In this document: positions 1-9,814 of the stretch, piece after piece | Layout of the letters: each line of letters opens with the position of its first letter | Position numbering within the stretch: the stretch's first letter is position 1 | Assembly (NCBI GenBank): GCA_031254115.1 | Contig: JAIRUZ010000027.1 | Location: forward strand, 2,214-66,213 | Length of the DNA stretch: 64,000 nt | Direction: 5' to 3' | Source of the DNA: Streptococcaceae bacterium | Lineage (GTDB): Bacteria > Bacillota > Bacilli > Lactobacillales > Streptococcaceae | The notes under the pieces: model-generated | Told to the model about the DNA's origin: nothing | The model's input: the letters and a program-made list of their open reading frames with translations, nothing else | Databases searched by the model: none | Translations under genes and position numbers: made by a program

Positions 1-1
1 G

Positions 2-421
2 GATTATCTGCAGCTTGACGACGGCGTGATGGCGGCTTATTTTCAAGCGTGGGGCGCGTCTAGCGACGCAATTCTCGCAGAGCTCGCGCAAAATGTCGTC
101 AATCGCCATCTTCTGAAATCTGTCAAACTTGCCGACACGACGACGGATATTCTGTCAGCCACGCACGCGTTAATCCCCAACGCCAGCTATTTTTCGGACG
201 TGCAAAACAGTTTTGATTTGCCGTACGACGACTACAACCCAGAAACCGAGCGCACGCCGATTGAGATTCTCACGGCTGACGGAAAATTAACTGAACTTTC
301 AACCTTATCGCCGCTTGTACGCGCGCTGACAGGCGAAAAATTTGGTGACTCACGCTTTTATTTCCCCAAAGAAATGCTCCAAAACACAGACTTTATGACT
401 AGAATGAGAGATTTTACATGA
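2..421 (+). CDS. C-terminal part of HD-domain phosphohydrolase (YwfO-like); 5' end outside window
   Basis: Open frame from window edge; C-terminal 'ELSTLSPLVRALTG...DSRFYFPKE' typical of this family; ATGA overlap with downstream HAD gene. Confidence 0.65.
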   Translation, partial: DYLQLDDGVMAAYFQAWGASSDAILAELAQNVVNRHLLKSVKLADTTTDILSATHALIPNASYFSDVQNSFDLPYDDYNPETERTPIEILTADGKLTELSTLSPLVRALTGEKFGDSRFYFPKEMLQNTDFMTRMRDFT

Positions 422-1227
422 TTAAACTGATTGCGATTGATATTGACGGAACGCTTGTTGACAATGAGCGCAAAATTACGCCCGAGGTGAAAGCCGCGGT
501 CAAAGATGCCACGGCTGCGGGCGTCAAGGTCGTGATTTCGACAGGTCGTCCCCTTCTTGGCGTGACCGAAATCTTAGACGAATTAGGCTTGAACAAAGCG
601 TCCGATTTTGTGATTACATTTAACGGCGCTCTGGTACAACGCGCGACGGGCGAAATTTTTGTCGAAGAGACGCTCACGCCAGATGATTTTTATGATTTGG
701 ATGCGGCCGCGAAAAAAGTGGGCGTTCATTTTCAGGCGCTGACGCGCGACGGTGTCTACACAAGCAATCGCGACATTGGCCGCTATACCGTTTACGAATC
801 CTATTCGAGTCATTCACCGCTGCATTTTCGCCAGCCCGAGGAAATCGCTGCGCTCGATCTCGCCAAAGTCATGATGATTGATGAGCCTAAAATTCTCGAC
901 AACGCAATCGCTTATCTGCCGTTCGAGTTCTTTGAGCGCTTTACCATGGTCAAATCCACGCCGTTTTTCCTCGAATTCATGAATAAAAAAGTCAGCAAAG
1001 GCATGGCTGTCGCGCAATTGGCCAAAAAGCTTTTCCTTGACACGGACGAGCTCATGGCGATTGGCGACGAAGAAAACGACCGCTCCATGCTCGAAGCCGT
1101 CGGAAATCCCGTCGTCATGGGAAATGGCAAGGAAGAGCTCAAAAAAATTGCCAAATATATTACCAAGCCCAACACCGAATCAGGCGTCGCTTATGCCATT
1201 CGCGAATGGGTTCTCAAAGATTATTAA
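418..1227 (+). CDS. Cof-type HAD-IIB sugar phosphatase (YidA-like)
   Basis: DIDGTL motif I, STGR motif II, SKG and GDEEND..ML motifs. Confidence 0.9.
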   Translation: MIKLIAIDIDGTLVDNERKITPEVKAAVKDATAAGVKVVISTGRPLLGVTEILDELGLNKASDFVITFNGALVQRATGEIFVEETLTPDDFYDLDAAAKKVGVHFQALTRDGVYTSNRDIGRYTVYESYSSHSPLHFRQPEEIAALDLAKVMMIDEPKILDNAIAYLPFEFFERFTMVKSTPFFLEFMNKKVSKGMAVAQLAKKLFLDTDELMAIGDEENDRSMLEAVGNPVVMGNGKEELKKIAKYITKPNTESGVAYAIREWVLKDY

Positions 1228-1485
1228 ATCTGTTTCATAACCCGTTTTGCTTTTGAAGACTAACTCAGCTTTGCGTTTATTTGCGATTTAGCGAAATCGA
1301 CAGCGTAGCGTAGCGAAGATACTCGGCGACGAACGAGGAAAACGTTGTTTTCCTCATCTGCAACCTTGAAGCGGTGCTTCAAGCGCCGAGCGCCAAAGCG
1401 TGGTTGAACGAAGAGCTGACTCTTGCGCTTTAGCGCTTAGAGGTCGCTTTCCCCTTTAGGGGCAAGCAGGGTTATGAAACAAGTC
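1227..1485. mobile_element. MITE-like repeat, long copy with terminal inverted repeats and internal hairpins
   Basis: TGTTTCATAACCC (1231-1243) ... GGGTTATGAAACA (1469-1481); TA on both flanks; homologous to 56061-56180. Confidence 0.75.
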
Positions 1486-1494
1486 TACTAAACA

Positions 1495-1524
1495 AAAATT
1501 CCGCCAGTAATGTGCGGAATTTTT
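1495..1524 (-). terminator. Intrinsic terminator after rplT
   Basis: AAAAATTCCGC-loop-GCGGAATTTTT just past the rplT stop. Confidence 0.75.
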
Positions 1525-1527
1525 AGT

Positions 1528-1881
1528 TTACAATGCTTTTTTAGCAGCGTCAGCAAGTGCTGTAAACGCTGCAGCGTCGTTCACTGCGAGGTCAGCGAGC
1601 ATTTTGCGGTTGACTTCAATCTCGGCTAATTTGAGACCGTGCATCAATTTGCTGTATGACAAACCGTTCATGCGAGCCGCAGCGTTGATACGTGCAATCC
1701 AAAGCTTTCTGAAGTCGCGTTTTTTCTGACGGCGATCACGGAAAGCGTAGTAGTACGAATTCATGACCTGCTCGTTTGCTGTCTTGAAGAGACGGTGCTT
1801 CGCGCCGTAGTAACCCTTCGCTAATTTTAAAATACGTTTGCGGCGGTTGCGTGCAACCGTTCCACCTTTAACACGTGCCAT
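1528..1881 (-). CDS. rplT: 50S ribosomal protein L20
   Basis: MARVKGG...AKGYYG...[23 protein letters not shown]; SD GGAG upstream of ATG 1881. Confidence 0.98.
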   Translation of the reverse strand: MARVKGGTVARNRRKRILKLAKGYYGAKHRLFKTANEQVMNSYYYAFRDRRQKKRDFRKLWIARINAAARMNGLSYSKLMHGLKLAEIEVNRKMLADLAVNDAAAFTALADAAKKAL

Positions 1882-1987
1882 TTTTATTTCTCCAATTTCT
1901 TTATTTAATAACGCCTGATTGTCAGTTCTGACAGCACACAATCTAGCGAATGCCTTCTGTCAGATCTGACAGAAATTTCTACAACGC

Positions 1988-2188
1988 TTAACGCATTGTT
2001 GCTACCATGCGGCGAATGCGCTTGAAGTCTGATTTTGAAACCATCGCAGATTTGCGCAATTGACGGCGTTGCTTCACTGTTTTACCGTGGAAACGGTGGC
2101 TTGTGTAAGCGTGGAAGCGCTTGAGACCGCCTTTACCCGTGCGTTTGAAACGCTTAGCTGATGCGCGGTGAGTTTTTTGTTTGTACAT
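1988..2188 (-). CDS. rpmI: 50S ribosomal protein L35
   Basis: [16 protein letters not shown]; lies between infC and rplT. Confidence 0.97.
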   Translation of the reverse strand: MYKQKTHRASAKRFKRTGKGGLKRFHAYTSHRFHGKTVKQRRQLRKSAMVSKSDFKRIRRMVATMR

Positions 2189-2239
2189 ACTGATACCGAT
2201 ACCTTTCATTTTGCCAGCAGCTACAGAGCTGTTGACAAT

Positions 2240-2764
2240 TTATTTTGCAGTTTTTTTGATGGGTGCAATCTGCAGAAACATCTGCCGACCATCCATCTTC
2301 GCTTTTGCCTCAACAACCGCAATATCTTTGGTTGCCTCAGCAAATTTGTCCATGACTTCGCGCCCAATATCCTGGTGCGTGATCATACGCCCACGAAAGC
2401 GAATAGACGCCTTGACTTTGTAACCTTTTTCAATAAAGCCACGCGCTTGTTTAAGCTTCGTGTTAAAGTCATTCAAGTCAATGACTGGTGAGAGCCTGAC
2501 CTCTTTAATCGTGATTTGTTGCTGATTTTTCTTCGCTTCTTTTTGTTTCTTTTTCTGCTCAAACTTGAATTTTGTAAAATCCATAATTTTCGCAACGGGC
2601 GGCGTCGCTTGCGCCGAAATCAGCACCAAATCAACACCCGCATCTTTCGCCTGACGCAATGCGTCATTTGTGTCTGTGATGCCAAGCTGATCTCCGTCTT
2701 CCGAGATGAGGCGCACTTCCTTTGCACGAATCGCCTCATTCATCGTCACTTGTTCTCTTGCTAT
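2240..2764 (-). CDS. infC: Translation initiation factor IF-3, probable non-canonical ATA start
   Basis: [27 protein letters not shown] motifs; SD AAGGAG 6 nt before in-frame ATA at 2764. Confidence 0.95.
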   Translation of the reverse strand: MAREQVTMNEAIRAKEVRLISEDGDQLGITDTNDALRQAKDAGVDLVLISAQATPPVAKIMDFTKFKFEQKKKQKEAKKNQQQITIKEVRLSPVIDLNDFNTKLKQARGFIEKGYKVKASIRFRGRMITHQDIGREVMDKFAEATKDIAVVEAKAKMDGRQMFLQIAPIKKTAK

Positions 2765-2811
2765 GTGAGTCTCCTTTCTGTTCACACCACGCGGTGTTCA
2801 GTTTCATCATT

Positions 2812-2925
2812 GAAAAGAAAATGCGAGCAGAATTTCACTGCCCGCACTAAAAAGTCTAATTTTTAGAGTGCCCAAGGACCAAAGGTCAACTTTAGGCGTC
2901 AGCGGCAGCTGAACTTTTCAACTGA
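2812..2925 (-). promoter_or_regulatory. Probable L20 leader/attenuator of infC-rpmI-rplT
   Basis: Promoter TTGCTT (2956-2951) / TGATATAAT (-10 at 2934-2929), then leader ending in terminator GTGCGGGCAG...CTGCTCGCAT-TTTCTTTT; position matches Firmicutes L20 leaders. Confidence 0.6.
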
Positions 2926-3132
2926 CATATTATATCATATTTCAGATAAAAAGCAAGCCAGAGCATTCTACTCTCACAGCCAAAGATCGACTGCGCTGAC
3001 AAGTAGCAAAAACGCCAAAATAACGCGCATAGATTGCAAGACCTGATTACTCTGATAGCTTTCTGTCAGACCTGACAGGGCTTTAACAGCAAACCATAAG
3101 ACAGCGGATGGAAAAGGTCCTCAAACTATTTA

Positions 3133-3162
3133 AAAATTCCGCAGGAAATTTCTGCGGAATTT
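3133..3162 (-). terminator. Intrinsic terminator after htpX
   Basis: AAATTCCGCAG...CTGCGGAATTT hairpin adjacent to the stop. Confidence 0.7.
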
Positions 3163-3163
3163 G

Positions 3164-4150
3164 TTATTCTTCGACTTGCGCACCCATCGCAATCAACGCT
3201 TTAACGCGTTTTTCCGTTGACGGATGCGTGGACAAATTGAGCCCCGCTGACAGCGGATTGAAAAAGGCGACTGGCCCGATGGTATTGCCAAAATCTTCGC
3301 GCATTTTTTTAGAGCCATAATGATCCGAACCATTTTCAAGCGCAATAAGCGCTTGCGCGATACCCGTTGGATTGCGCGTAAACTCGACGGCTGACGCGTC
3401 CGCGCGGCTTTCACGCTCGCGCGACATGTAAGATTCCGCAACTTTTGAGAGCAAAGGCGCAACCATCAGGAAAATAAAACTCAGTACAATGATGACAATC
3501 GCAATCGGATTATTGCCATTTCCGTCCCGATTATTGCCGCGACGATTACCGCCGCCACCGCCCCAAAACATCAACCGGCCCGCCATACCTGCGATGATTG
3601 CGGTCGTTGAAGTCAAAGCCACAAGACGCGTCATCGCTTGGCTATCGCCCGTTTTGAGATGCCCGATTTCATGGGCAATCACACCCTCGAGCTCTTCGCG
3701 CGTATTGAGCAGATCCAAAAGCTCGGCTGTCACAACAACTTGCGCATTCCCAAAATTATCCGCTGACGCATACGCGTTTGCAACGCCCGATCCGCGCAAC
3801 TCATACACGCGCGGCGTTTTTGGTAATGCCGCTGCAATTGCCATCTCCTCAACAATATTTTTCAGCTGGCCGCTCGTGATTTCAACCGAATCGCCAGCTG
3901 GTGCCGCCAGCAATATGCGCGTCGCTTGTGCGTTTACGATAAACATCACAAGCACCGCAAGTAGAGCCGCAACGGCCGCATCAACCACAAGAAAATTAGC
4001 CAATTGTTGGTTGGACACATGGGTTGAGAGCCCGAGCACCACGCCCACCGCAATAAAAACGAGCCAAAGAATACCAAAATTGAGCACCCAGGCAATGCGA
4101 ATGCCCGTTTTCAGCCGCGCAAGCTCATCTCGAAATGTCGTCGTTGCCAT
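3164..4150 (-). CDS. htpX: M48 zinc metalloprotease HtpX
   Basis: NAYA, HEIGH zinc motif, SRERESRAD, STHP; downstream of lemA; SD AAGGA before ATG 4150. Confidence 0.9.
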   Translation of the reverse strand: MATTTFRDELARLKTGIRIAWVLNFGILWLVFIAVGVVLGLSTHVSNQQLANFLVVDAAVAALLAVLVMFIVNAQATRILLAAPAGDSVEITSGQLKNIVEEMAIAAALPKTPRVYELRGSGVANAYASADNFGNAQVVVTAELLDLLNTREELEGVIAHEIGHLKTGDSQAMTRLVALTSTTAIIAGMAGRLMFWGGGGGNRRGNNRDGNGNNPIAIVIIVLSFIFLMVAPLLSKVAESYMSRERESRADASAVEFTRNPTGIAQALIALENGSDHYGSKKMREDFGNTIGPVAFFNPLSAGLNLSTHPSTEKRVKALIAMGAQVEE

Positions 4151-4195
4151 AAAATCCTTCCTTTGAAAAATTGCCGCGAGCGACAATCCGTATCA

Positions 4196-4762
4196 TTAAA
4201 ATGAAACTTTCGGTGCCTCTTTGGCCGCTTCATTTTCAAGCTCAAACATATTTTTCTTTGTGTAACCAAATAGACCCGCAATCAGCACCGTCGGAAAAAC
4301 TTGAATGCCATTATTGTAGCTCATGACAGCGTCGTTAAACGCCTGACGCGCAAAGGAAACTTTGTTTTCTGTTGACGTCAGCTCTTCTTGCAAGCTCAAA
4401 AAGTTCTGATTGGCCTTGAGGTCTGGATAAGCTTCTGCCGTCGCATTAATCGCAAGACGCGCTTGTCCCATAGCTTCCTGAGCCTTTGCGACATCTTCTG
4501 CGCTGCCCGATTGAATCGCTTTACCCGCCGCCGCACGCGCTTCTGTTACTTTTGTGAAGACGCTGTCCTCGTGCTTGGCGTACCCTTTGACCGTTTCGAC
4601 AAGATTTGGAATCAGATCGTAACGGCGTTGAAGCTGTGTCGAAATCTGCGCAAACGCATTATCCACACCATTTGAGAGCCGCACAAGCGTGTTTCGTCCA
4701 CCAATAAAAAGCCACAGAACGAAAAGCACAACGACGACTAAAAGCACTAAAACAATTACCAT
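4196..4762 (-). CDS. lemA: LemA family protein
   Basis: N-terminal TM; QLQRRYDLIPNLVETVKGYAKHE; AEAYPDLKANQNF. Confidence 0.95.
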   Translation of the reverse strand: MVIVLVLLVVVVLFVLWLFIGGRNTLVRLSNGVDNAFAQISTQLQRRYDLIPNLVETVKGYAKHEDSVFTKVTEARAAAGKAIQSGSAEDVAKAQEAMGQARLAINATAEAYPDLKANQNFLSLQEELTSTENKVSFARQAFNDAVMSYNNGIQVFPTVLIAGLFGYTKKNMFELENEAAKEAPKVSF

Positions 4763-4817
4763 TTGAATTCTCCTTTAAAATTATGACTCTATTATACCAT
4801 TTTAAGCTTAGAAAAAT

Positions 4818-5744
4818 CTAAATCTTTTCTTCGTAAAAATCTTTCACGACGTAGCTACTTTCATGAATAGCGCGCGCTTCTGCCGCCAGTTGATGCGCAA
4901 TCGGACCCACATAGCGCGCCGAGACATGATTGAGAAGGAGGCGCTTGACGGCTGCCTCATTTGCAACTTCAGCCGCTTGTGCCGACGTTGAATGCCCGTG
5001 TTTCTTTGCCATTTTTGCTTCCTTGGCTTCGTAAGTCGCTTCATGAACCAACACATCGCTTCCCACAGCCAGGCGCACCGAACGCTCCGTTTTCCTTGTG
5101 TCCCCCAAAATCGTCACCACTTTGCCTGAAATATCTGCACCGATATAATCCGACGGCTTGAAAATTTTTCCGTCAAACCCAACCGCCTCGCCCGTTTTTA
5201 TTTTGCCAAAAAGCGGACCAAACGGTAAACCATCAGCTGCAAGCTTGTGCGCATCAAGCTCGCCCGTCTTGTCCGCTTGCACAACACGATATCCCAAACA
5301 GAAAATCGTGTGATCAAGCGGCTCTGCATAAACGCTGAAAGTCGCGTCCTCAAAAATTTTTCCGCCGTCAGCCAGCTCATGAAAATGAATCCGAAATTGC
5401 AAGCGCGTTTTTGACGCTGTCAGCGCTGACAACACATAATTTTTCAGCCCTACTGGTCCGTACATCTCCAAATCTGTCTGCCCTTCTTCTTCCGACGCCT
5501 GAAAATTACGGCTTGCCAAAAAACCGGGCAAGCCAAAAATGTGATCCCCGTGCAAATGCGTGATAAAAACTTTCGTGATTTTGCGCGGCCGCAACGTCGT
5601 GCGCAAAATCTGATGCTGCGTGCCCTCGCCGCAATCAAACAACCAAACTTCATTGCGCTCATCAAGCAGTTTCAGCGCCAAGCTCGACACATTGCGCGAT
5701 TTTGACGGCTGCCCCGCAGACGTCCCCAAAAATTGAATATCCAT
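4818..5744 (-). CDS. rnz: Ribonuclease Z
   Basis: [32 protein letters not shown] motifs. Confidence 0.95.
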   Translation of the reverse strand: MDIQFLGTSAGQPSKSRNVSSLALKLLDERNEVWLFDCGEGTQHQILRTTLRPRKITKVFITHLHGDHIFGLPGFLASRNFQASEEEGQTDLEMYGPVGLKNYVLSALTASKTRLQFRIHFHELADGGKIFEDATFSVYAEPLDHTIFCLGYRVVQADKTGELDAHKLAADGLPFGPLFGKIKTGEAVGFDGKIFKPSDYIGADISGKVVTILGDTRKTERSVRLAVGSDVLVHEATYEAKEAKMAKKHGHSTSAQAAEVANEAAVKRLLLNHVSARYVGPIAHQLAAEARAIHESSYVVKDFYEEKI

Positions 5745-5871
5745 TCTTCTCCAGTCACCTAAAAGCCATCAGTCCGCACGATCAACCGCAAACTGACAGC
5801 CGCCTTCTACCGATAGATTATATCATATTTTTCGAGCCCTTTTTAAGCTGTCAGCGCTGATAGTAGACAAA

Positions 5872-5901
5872 AAGACCTCTTGTCACTGCTGACAAGAGGT
5901 A
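5872..5901 (-). terminator. Terminator after pgmH whose stem contains TGTCA/TGACA half-sites
   Basis: ACCTCTTGTCA-CTGC-TGACAAGAGGT hairpin followed on minus strand by CTTTTT. Confidence 0.7.
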
Positions 5902-5914
5902 GAAAGAAGAGCTT

Positions 5915-6673
5915 TTAGGCTTCCATGTAGAGGAGGGCTTGCAGAACGGCTGCGGTTTCTTGCCAATCGCGCACGGTAATCGTCTCAATGCCCATCTGGA
6001 CGACAGGATAATCATTGCCGCCTTCTTGGGTCATATCGCCAAAGTAAAGAATTTCATCTCTGGTAACGCCCAATTCTTCCATGAGATGATTCATACCGAA
6101 CTCTTTATTTTGTCCTGGGACAAAGCCGTTAATCGTCGTTGTGCCAGCCACCTCAAATTCGTATGCTGGCGCGTATTCTTTGGCGAGTTTGGCGATTTTA
6201 TTGCGCTTTGTCATATCGGGATCCCATGCTTGTTTGGCCTCGACGCCTGCTTTTTGCCCAATAGCGGAGTAAGCAATCATCGACTCGCGGTTTTCGTTGA
6301 TTTCATCGCCAGGCGCAAGAACGCTCTCGTCCCAATAACCAAGCTCACGCGCCGCTTTTTCAAGCGCGCCCATAATCGCGTCTGCCTGCTCCTGTGTCAG
6401 CGCAAAGTTGAAAATTTGATGCCACGCGCCACCTTTGTACGCATAGTACTGCGTGCCCTGCGCAACAAACAGATGGAAATTCTCCAATTTTGTAGTTTCT
6501 GGCAAATTGTTGATGATTTGAATTAAAAATTGGTCGTATTTTTGGCCAGAAATCGGTGCGATGATGTATTTTTGCGAGAGTTCAGCAAGTAATTTCGCCA
6601 TTTCTGGGAAAATCGGCATTTTTGGCTCATTGAGCGTGTTATCAATGTCGAAAGACAAGATTTTTTTAGTCAT
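5915..6673 (-). CDS. pgmH: HAD-IIB alpha-phosphoglucomutase (eukaryotic PMM-like, lactococcal PgmH type)
   Basis: FDIDNTL, ISGQ, YFGDMTQEGGNDY; SD GGAGG before ATG 6673. Confidence 0.8.
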   Translation of the reverse strand: MTKKILSFDIDNTLNEPKMPIFPEMAKLLAELSQKYIIAPISGQKYDQFLIQIINNLPETTKLENFHLFVAQGTQYYAYKGGAWHQIFNFALTQEQADAIMGALEKAARELGYWDESVLAPGDEINENRESMIAYSAIGQKAGVEAKQAWDPDMTKRNKIAKLAKEYAPAYEFEVAGTTTINGFVPGQNKEFGMNHLMEELGVTRDEILYFGDMTQEGGNDYPVVQMGIETITVRDWQETAAVLQALLYMEA

Positions 6674-6739
6674 AGTGACCTCCATCGGTTATTTTGTATT
6701 CGCTTACATTATATCATTTTTGTATTAAAAAAACACATC

Positions 6740-7315
6740 TCAACGACGTGATTTTTCAAGCGCGGGAACAATGGCAGCCGTTAAGATTGCCGCCGCACCC
6801 ACTTCTATCAAGGAATTCCAGCTAATAATGAGGGTCAAAATACCCGTCATTGTCGTTCCTTTGAAGAACAGGAAAATAAAACCGAGGACAAAAATTGTAT
6901 TCGTTGCTGCGCCCGCAAACCCTGCAAGCCCAGCTCCCATACGATTTTTCAAGCTCTTATAAACCAAACCTGCAATGACACCAATCAAGATTCGCGGCAA
7001 AAACGTAACGACCAATGACCACCAATTGGAGCTGTGTAATGCTGGATCTTGAAAAACTGGCGTGAAAAAATAATTGGTCGGATCTGGCGTGACGCTCGCT
7101 TGGATAAATAAAATCAGACCCATAGCAAAGCCAAGAAAAGCGCCTTTTTTAATGCCCAAGACACTCGCGCCCACAATCACGGGAATGGCAGCAAATGTTG
7201 GCTTCATCGGAATCGGCCAAACGGCGTAGATGTAGGTTGAAAGAAGCTGAATGACAACAATCGTTGCGATTAAGATGGACAAAATAGCGATATCAGATGC
7301 TTTTGATTTTCTCAT
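6740..7315 (-). CDS. ECF transporter S component (PanT-like)
   Basis: Hydrophobic; 'IPVIVGASVLGIKKGAFLG', 'PRILIG', 'TNTIFVL' typical of PanT-type S components. Confidence 0.8.
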   Translation of the reverse strand: MRKSKASDIAILSILIATIVVIQLLSTYIYAVWPIPMKPTFAAIPVIVGASVLGIKKGAFLGFAMGLILFIQASVTPDPTNYFFTPVFQDPALHSSNWWSLVVTFLPRILIGVIAGLVYKSLKNRMGAGLAGFAGAATNTIFVLGFIFLFFKGTTMTGILTLIISWNSLIEVGAAAILTAAIVPALEKSRR

Positions 7316-7398
7316 GAACTTATTATACAAAAAAAAGTGGATTTCTTCCACTTTTTTACTTATACTTTTTTGGCATATTATCAAAACGTGCGGTTTAT

Positions 7399-7587
7399 TC
7401 ACTTTTTGACCTTGCGCATTTCGCCGGCCTCGTAGAAATCGCCTTCTTTCATGTCGCTGAAAATGACTTGCACCGCTGAAGCTGGCGCGCCGAGATTTTT
7501 GACAATGGCTTCTGTAATTGCTTTAGCAGCGGCCTCTTTTTGAGCGATGGTGCGCCCTTCGACAAGTTGAATATTAACTAATGGCAT
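7399..7587 (-). CDS. 4-oxalocrotonate tautomerase family protein
   Basis: N-terminal catalytic Pro (MPLVNI), EGRT..QK; SD GGAGG. Confidence 0.9.
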   Translation of the reverse strand: MPLVNIQLVEGRTIAQKEAAAKAITEAIVKNLGAPASAVQVIFSDMKEGDFYEAGEMRKVKK

Positions 7588-7647
7588 TTTTTGCCCTCCT
7601 TTTATTGAATCTATTTCTAAATTCTATATTTTGTCAGCTGCTTGAGC

Positions 7648-8640
7648 TTACTGGCTGACGATTTTTTTGAGTTCTGAAACGGCTGGATTTGATACAATCA
7701 TCTCGAGTGTCTCAAGCGATGTGATATAAAAATCGCGCACCGTGCTTGGCAGTATGAAGTGATCGCCGCGTTTGATTTCGTAATTTTTCTCGGCGACGCG
7801 CAAATTGCCTTCACCAGAAAGCACCGAAACAAGCACATAATTGTCCGTTTTCTCGAAATAGCTCGAGCCTGAAACGCGCCATTTATAGACGTCAAAAAAT
7901 TCATTTTCTGTGAGCGTGGTGATTTCAGTCGCGCCTTTTGTGACGGTCGTCGTCTGGTTCTCAGGCAATTTATTGCCTGGCACGCTCAGCGTGTCAATCG
8001 ACTGCTGAATGTGGAGCTCGCGCAATTTTCCGTTTACATCTGGGCGATCAAAATCGTAGACGCGGTAGGTCGTGTCAGAGCTTTGCTGAGTCTCAAGAAT
8101 CAGGCAGCCCGCGCCGATCGCGTGCATCGTGCCCGACGGAACATAGAAAAAATCGCCCGTTTTAACTGGAATTTTTGTGAGGAGCTTCTCCCACGCGCCC
8201 GCGTGAATCATCTCCGCAAGCTCTTCGCGCGTTTTGGCGGTATGACCGTAGATAATTTCAGCGCCTGGCTCGGCCGAAATCACATACCAGCATTCTGTTT
8301 TCCCGAGCTCATTTTCGCCCTCGTGCGCGCGCGCATAGGCATCATCTGGGTGGACTTGCACGGAAAGCCAATCGTTCGCATCGAGAATTTTGGTCAAAAG
8401 TGGGAAAACTTTCGAGGTCGGATTGCCAAAAAGCTCTGGATTATTTTCATAGAGCGAGTCCAGTGTCACACCACGAAATTCGCCATTTTTCACGGTCGAA
8501 ACGCCATTTTTGTGGCCCGAAATCGCCCAGTATTCGCCCGTTTTCTCGCTCGGCAAGTCATACCCAAATTGCCGCATGTGCGCGCCGCCCCACAATTTCT
8601 CATGAAATTGTGAATCCATAAATAAAGGTTCAATAGTCAT
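7648..8640 (-). CDS. manA: Mannose-6-phosphate isomerase class I
   Basis: KLWGG, LSVQVHPDD, GKTECWY, HAIG, ETQQSSDTTYR. Confidence 0.95.
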   Translation of the reverse strand: MTIEPLFMDSQFHEKLWGGAHMRQFGYDLPSEKTGEYWAISGHKNGVSTVKNGEFRGVTLDSLYENNPELFGNPTSKVFPLLTKILDANDWLSVQVHPDDAYARAHEGENELGKTECWYVISAEPGAEIIYGHTAKTREELAEMIHAGAWEKLLTKIPVKTGDFFYVPSGTMHAIGAGCLILETQQSSDTTYRVYDFDRPDVNGKLRELHIQQSIDTLSVPGNKLPENQTTTVTKGATEITTLTENEFFDVYKWRVSGSSYFEKTDNYVLVSVLSGEGNLRVAEKNYEIKRGDHFILPSTVRDFYITSLETLEMIVSNPAVSELKKIVSQ

Positions 8641-8792
8641 AGATTTATTATACCACACTATAAAAGCGACGATGTTTCGATTTTATAGTGTTAATGAGAT
8701 AGCTAGAAAGCCCGCCATGGCGGCTTTCGTCTGACCGTTCCTGACTTGTCAGGTTACGGGCAGTGCTATTTATAACATTTCATGAAAAAAAT

Positions 8793-8844
8793 AACCTGTC
8801 AGCGCTGATGTTCATAAACGTGAACAACTGCGAACTGACAGGTT
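8793..8844. repeat. Hairpin element with CTGTCAG/CTGACAG arms, just after phoH stop
   Basis: AACCTGTCAG...CTGACAGGTT outer stem, inner TGTTCA/TGAACA stem; same architecture as 54395 and 59799. Confidence 0.6.
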
Positions 8845-8851
8845 TATTGTG

Positions 8852-9814
8852 CTACATTTCGTCTTCTTTTTCGTAGGCTTTGATGATTTCAGCGACGATG
8901 GGGTGTCTGACAACGTCTTTTGCGGTGAAATACACGAAATCAAGCGCTGACAGAAGCGACAACTTGTCCCGCGCGTCCATCAGGCCTGATTTTTGATGGC
9001 GCGATAAATCAATTTGTGACATGTCGCCATTCACAATCATCTTTGAGTTGAAGCCCAGACGCGTGAGGAACATTTTCATTTGCATGGTCGTCGTATTTTG
9101 CGCCTCATCGAGAATGACAAACGCATCATCAAGCGTGCGACCGCGCATGTAAGCAAGCGGCGCGATTTCGATGAGGCCGCGTTCCATCAGCCGCTCGGTG
9201 CTTGCTTTCCCTAAAATCATGTACAGCGCATCGTAAATCGGCCGCAGATACGGATCCACTTTTTCTTGCAAATCGCCTGGCAAAAAGCCGAGATTTTCGC
9301 CCGCTTCAACGGCCGGACGCGTGAGAATAATGCGCTTGACTTGTCCGTTTCTAAACGCTTGAACCGCGAGCACGACGGCAAGAAACGTTTTACCTGTGCC
9401 CGCGGGTCCAATGCCAAAGACGACATCGTGCGTTTTCACACTGTCAACATAGAGCTTTTGCGCCAGATTTTTTACGCGAATAGCACGGCCAAGCGTGTCT
9501 TTTGTGAGCTCGACTTCGTACAAGCTCGTAAAATTCGCGATTTCACCATTTTGCGCCATTTGCGCCGCAATCGCAACGTCAGACGTGTGCACGGGCAAAC
9601 TGCGCCCGACAAGCACAAGCAGGGCTTTCAGTGTCCATTCGGCGTTTTGGACGTTTTCTGCATCCTCGCCCAAAATCTCCACGGTTTCACCGCGGTAATT
9701 TATCTCAACGCCAAGCGTTTTTTCAATCAGCTTGAGGTGCTTGTCCTCGCTTCCAAAGACAACACGCGCATCGTCGCTATTTAGAAGCGCAAATTCGATT
9801 GATGAAGTCGTTAT
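8852..9814 (-). CDS. phoH: PhoH family ATPase; real start probably upstream of the track ORF (ATA at 9814)
   Basis: GPAGTGKT, RPAVEAGE, YMRGRTL, DEAQN; frame stays open and PhoH-like (FGSEDKHLKLIE) for 44 codons upstream of GTG 9682. Confidence 0.9.
   Translation of the reverse strand: MTTSSIEFALLNSDDARVVFGSEDKHLKLIEKTLGVEINYRGETVEILGEDAENVQNAEWTLKALLVLVGRSLPVHTSDVAIAAQMAQNGEIANFTSLYEVELTKDTLGRAIRVKNLAQKLYVDSVKTHDVVFGIGPAGTGKTFLAVVLAVQAFRNGQVKRIILTRPAVEAGENLGFLPGDLQEKVDPYLRPIYDALYMILGKASTERLMERGLIEIAPLAYMRGRTLDDAFVILDEAQNTTTMQMKMFLTRLGFNSKMIVNGDMSQIDLSRHQKSGLMDARDKLSLLSALDFVYFTAKDVVRHPIVAEIIKAYEKEDEM

Noticed and set aside
8700-8765. Hammerhead ribozyme or SRP RNA on the minus strand (CTGACAA-GTC...GAC-GAAA)
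   Set aside because: Core is CUGACAA rather than CUGANGA, no stem I can form, and the SRP GGAAGCAG loop is absent.
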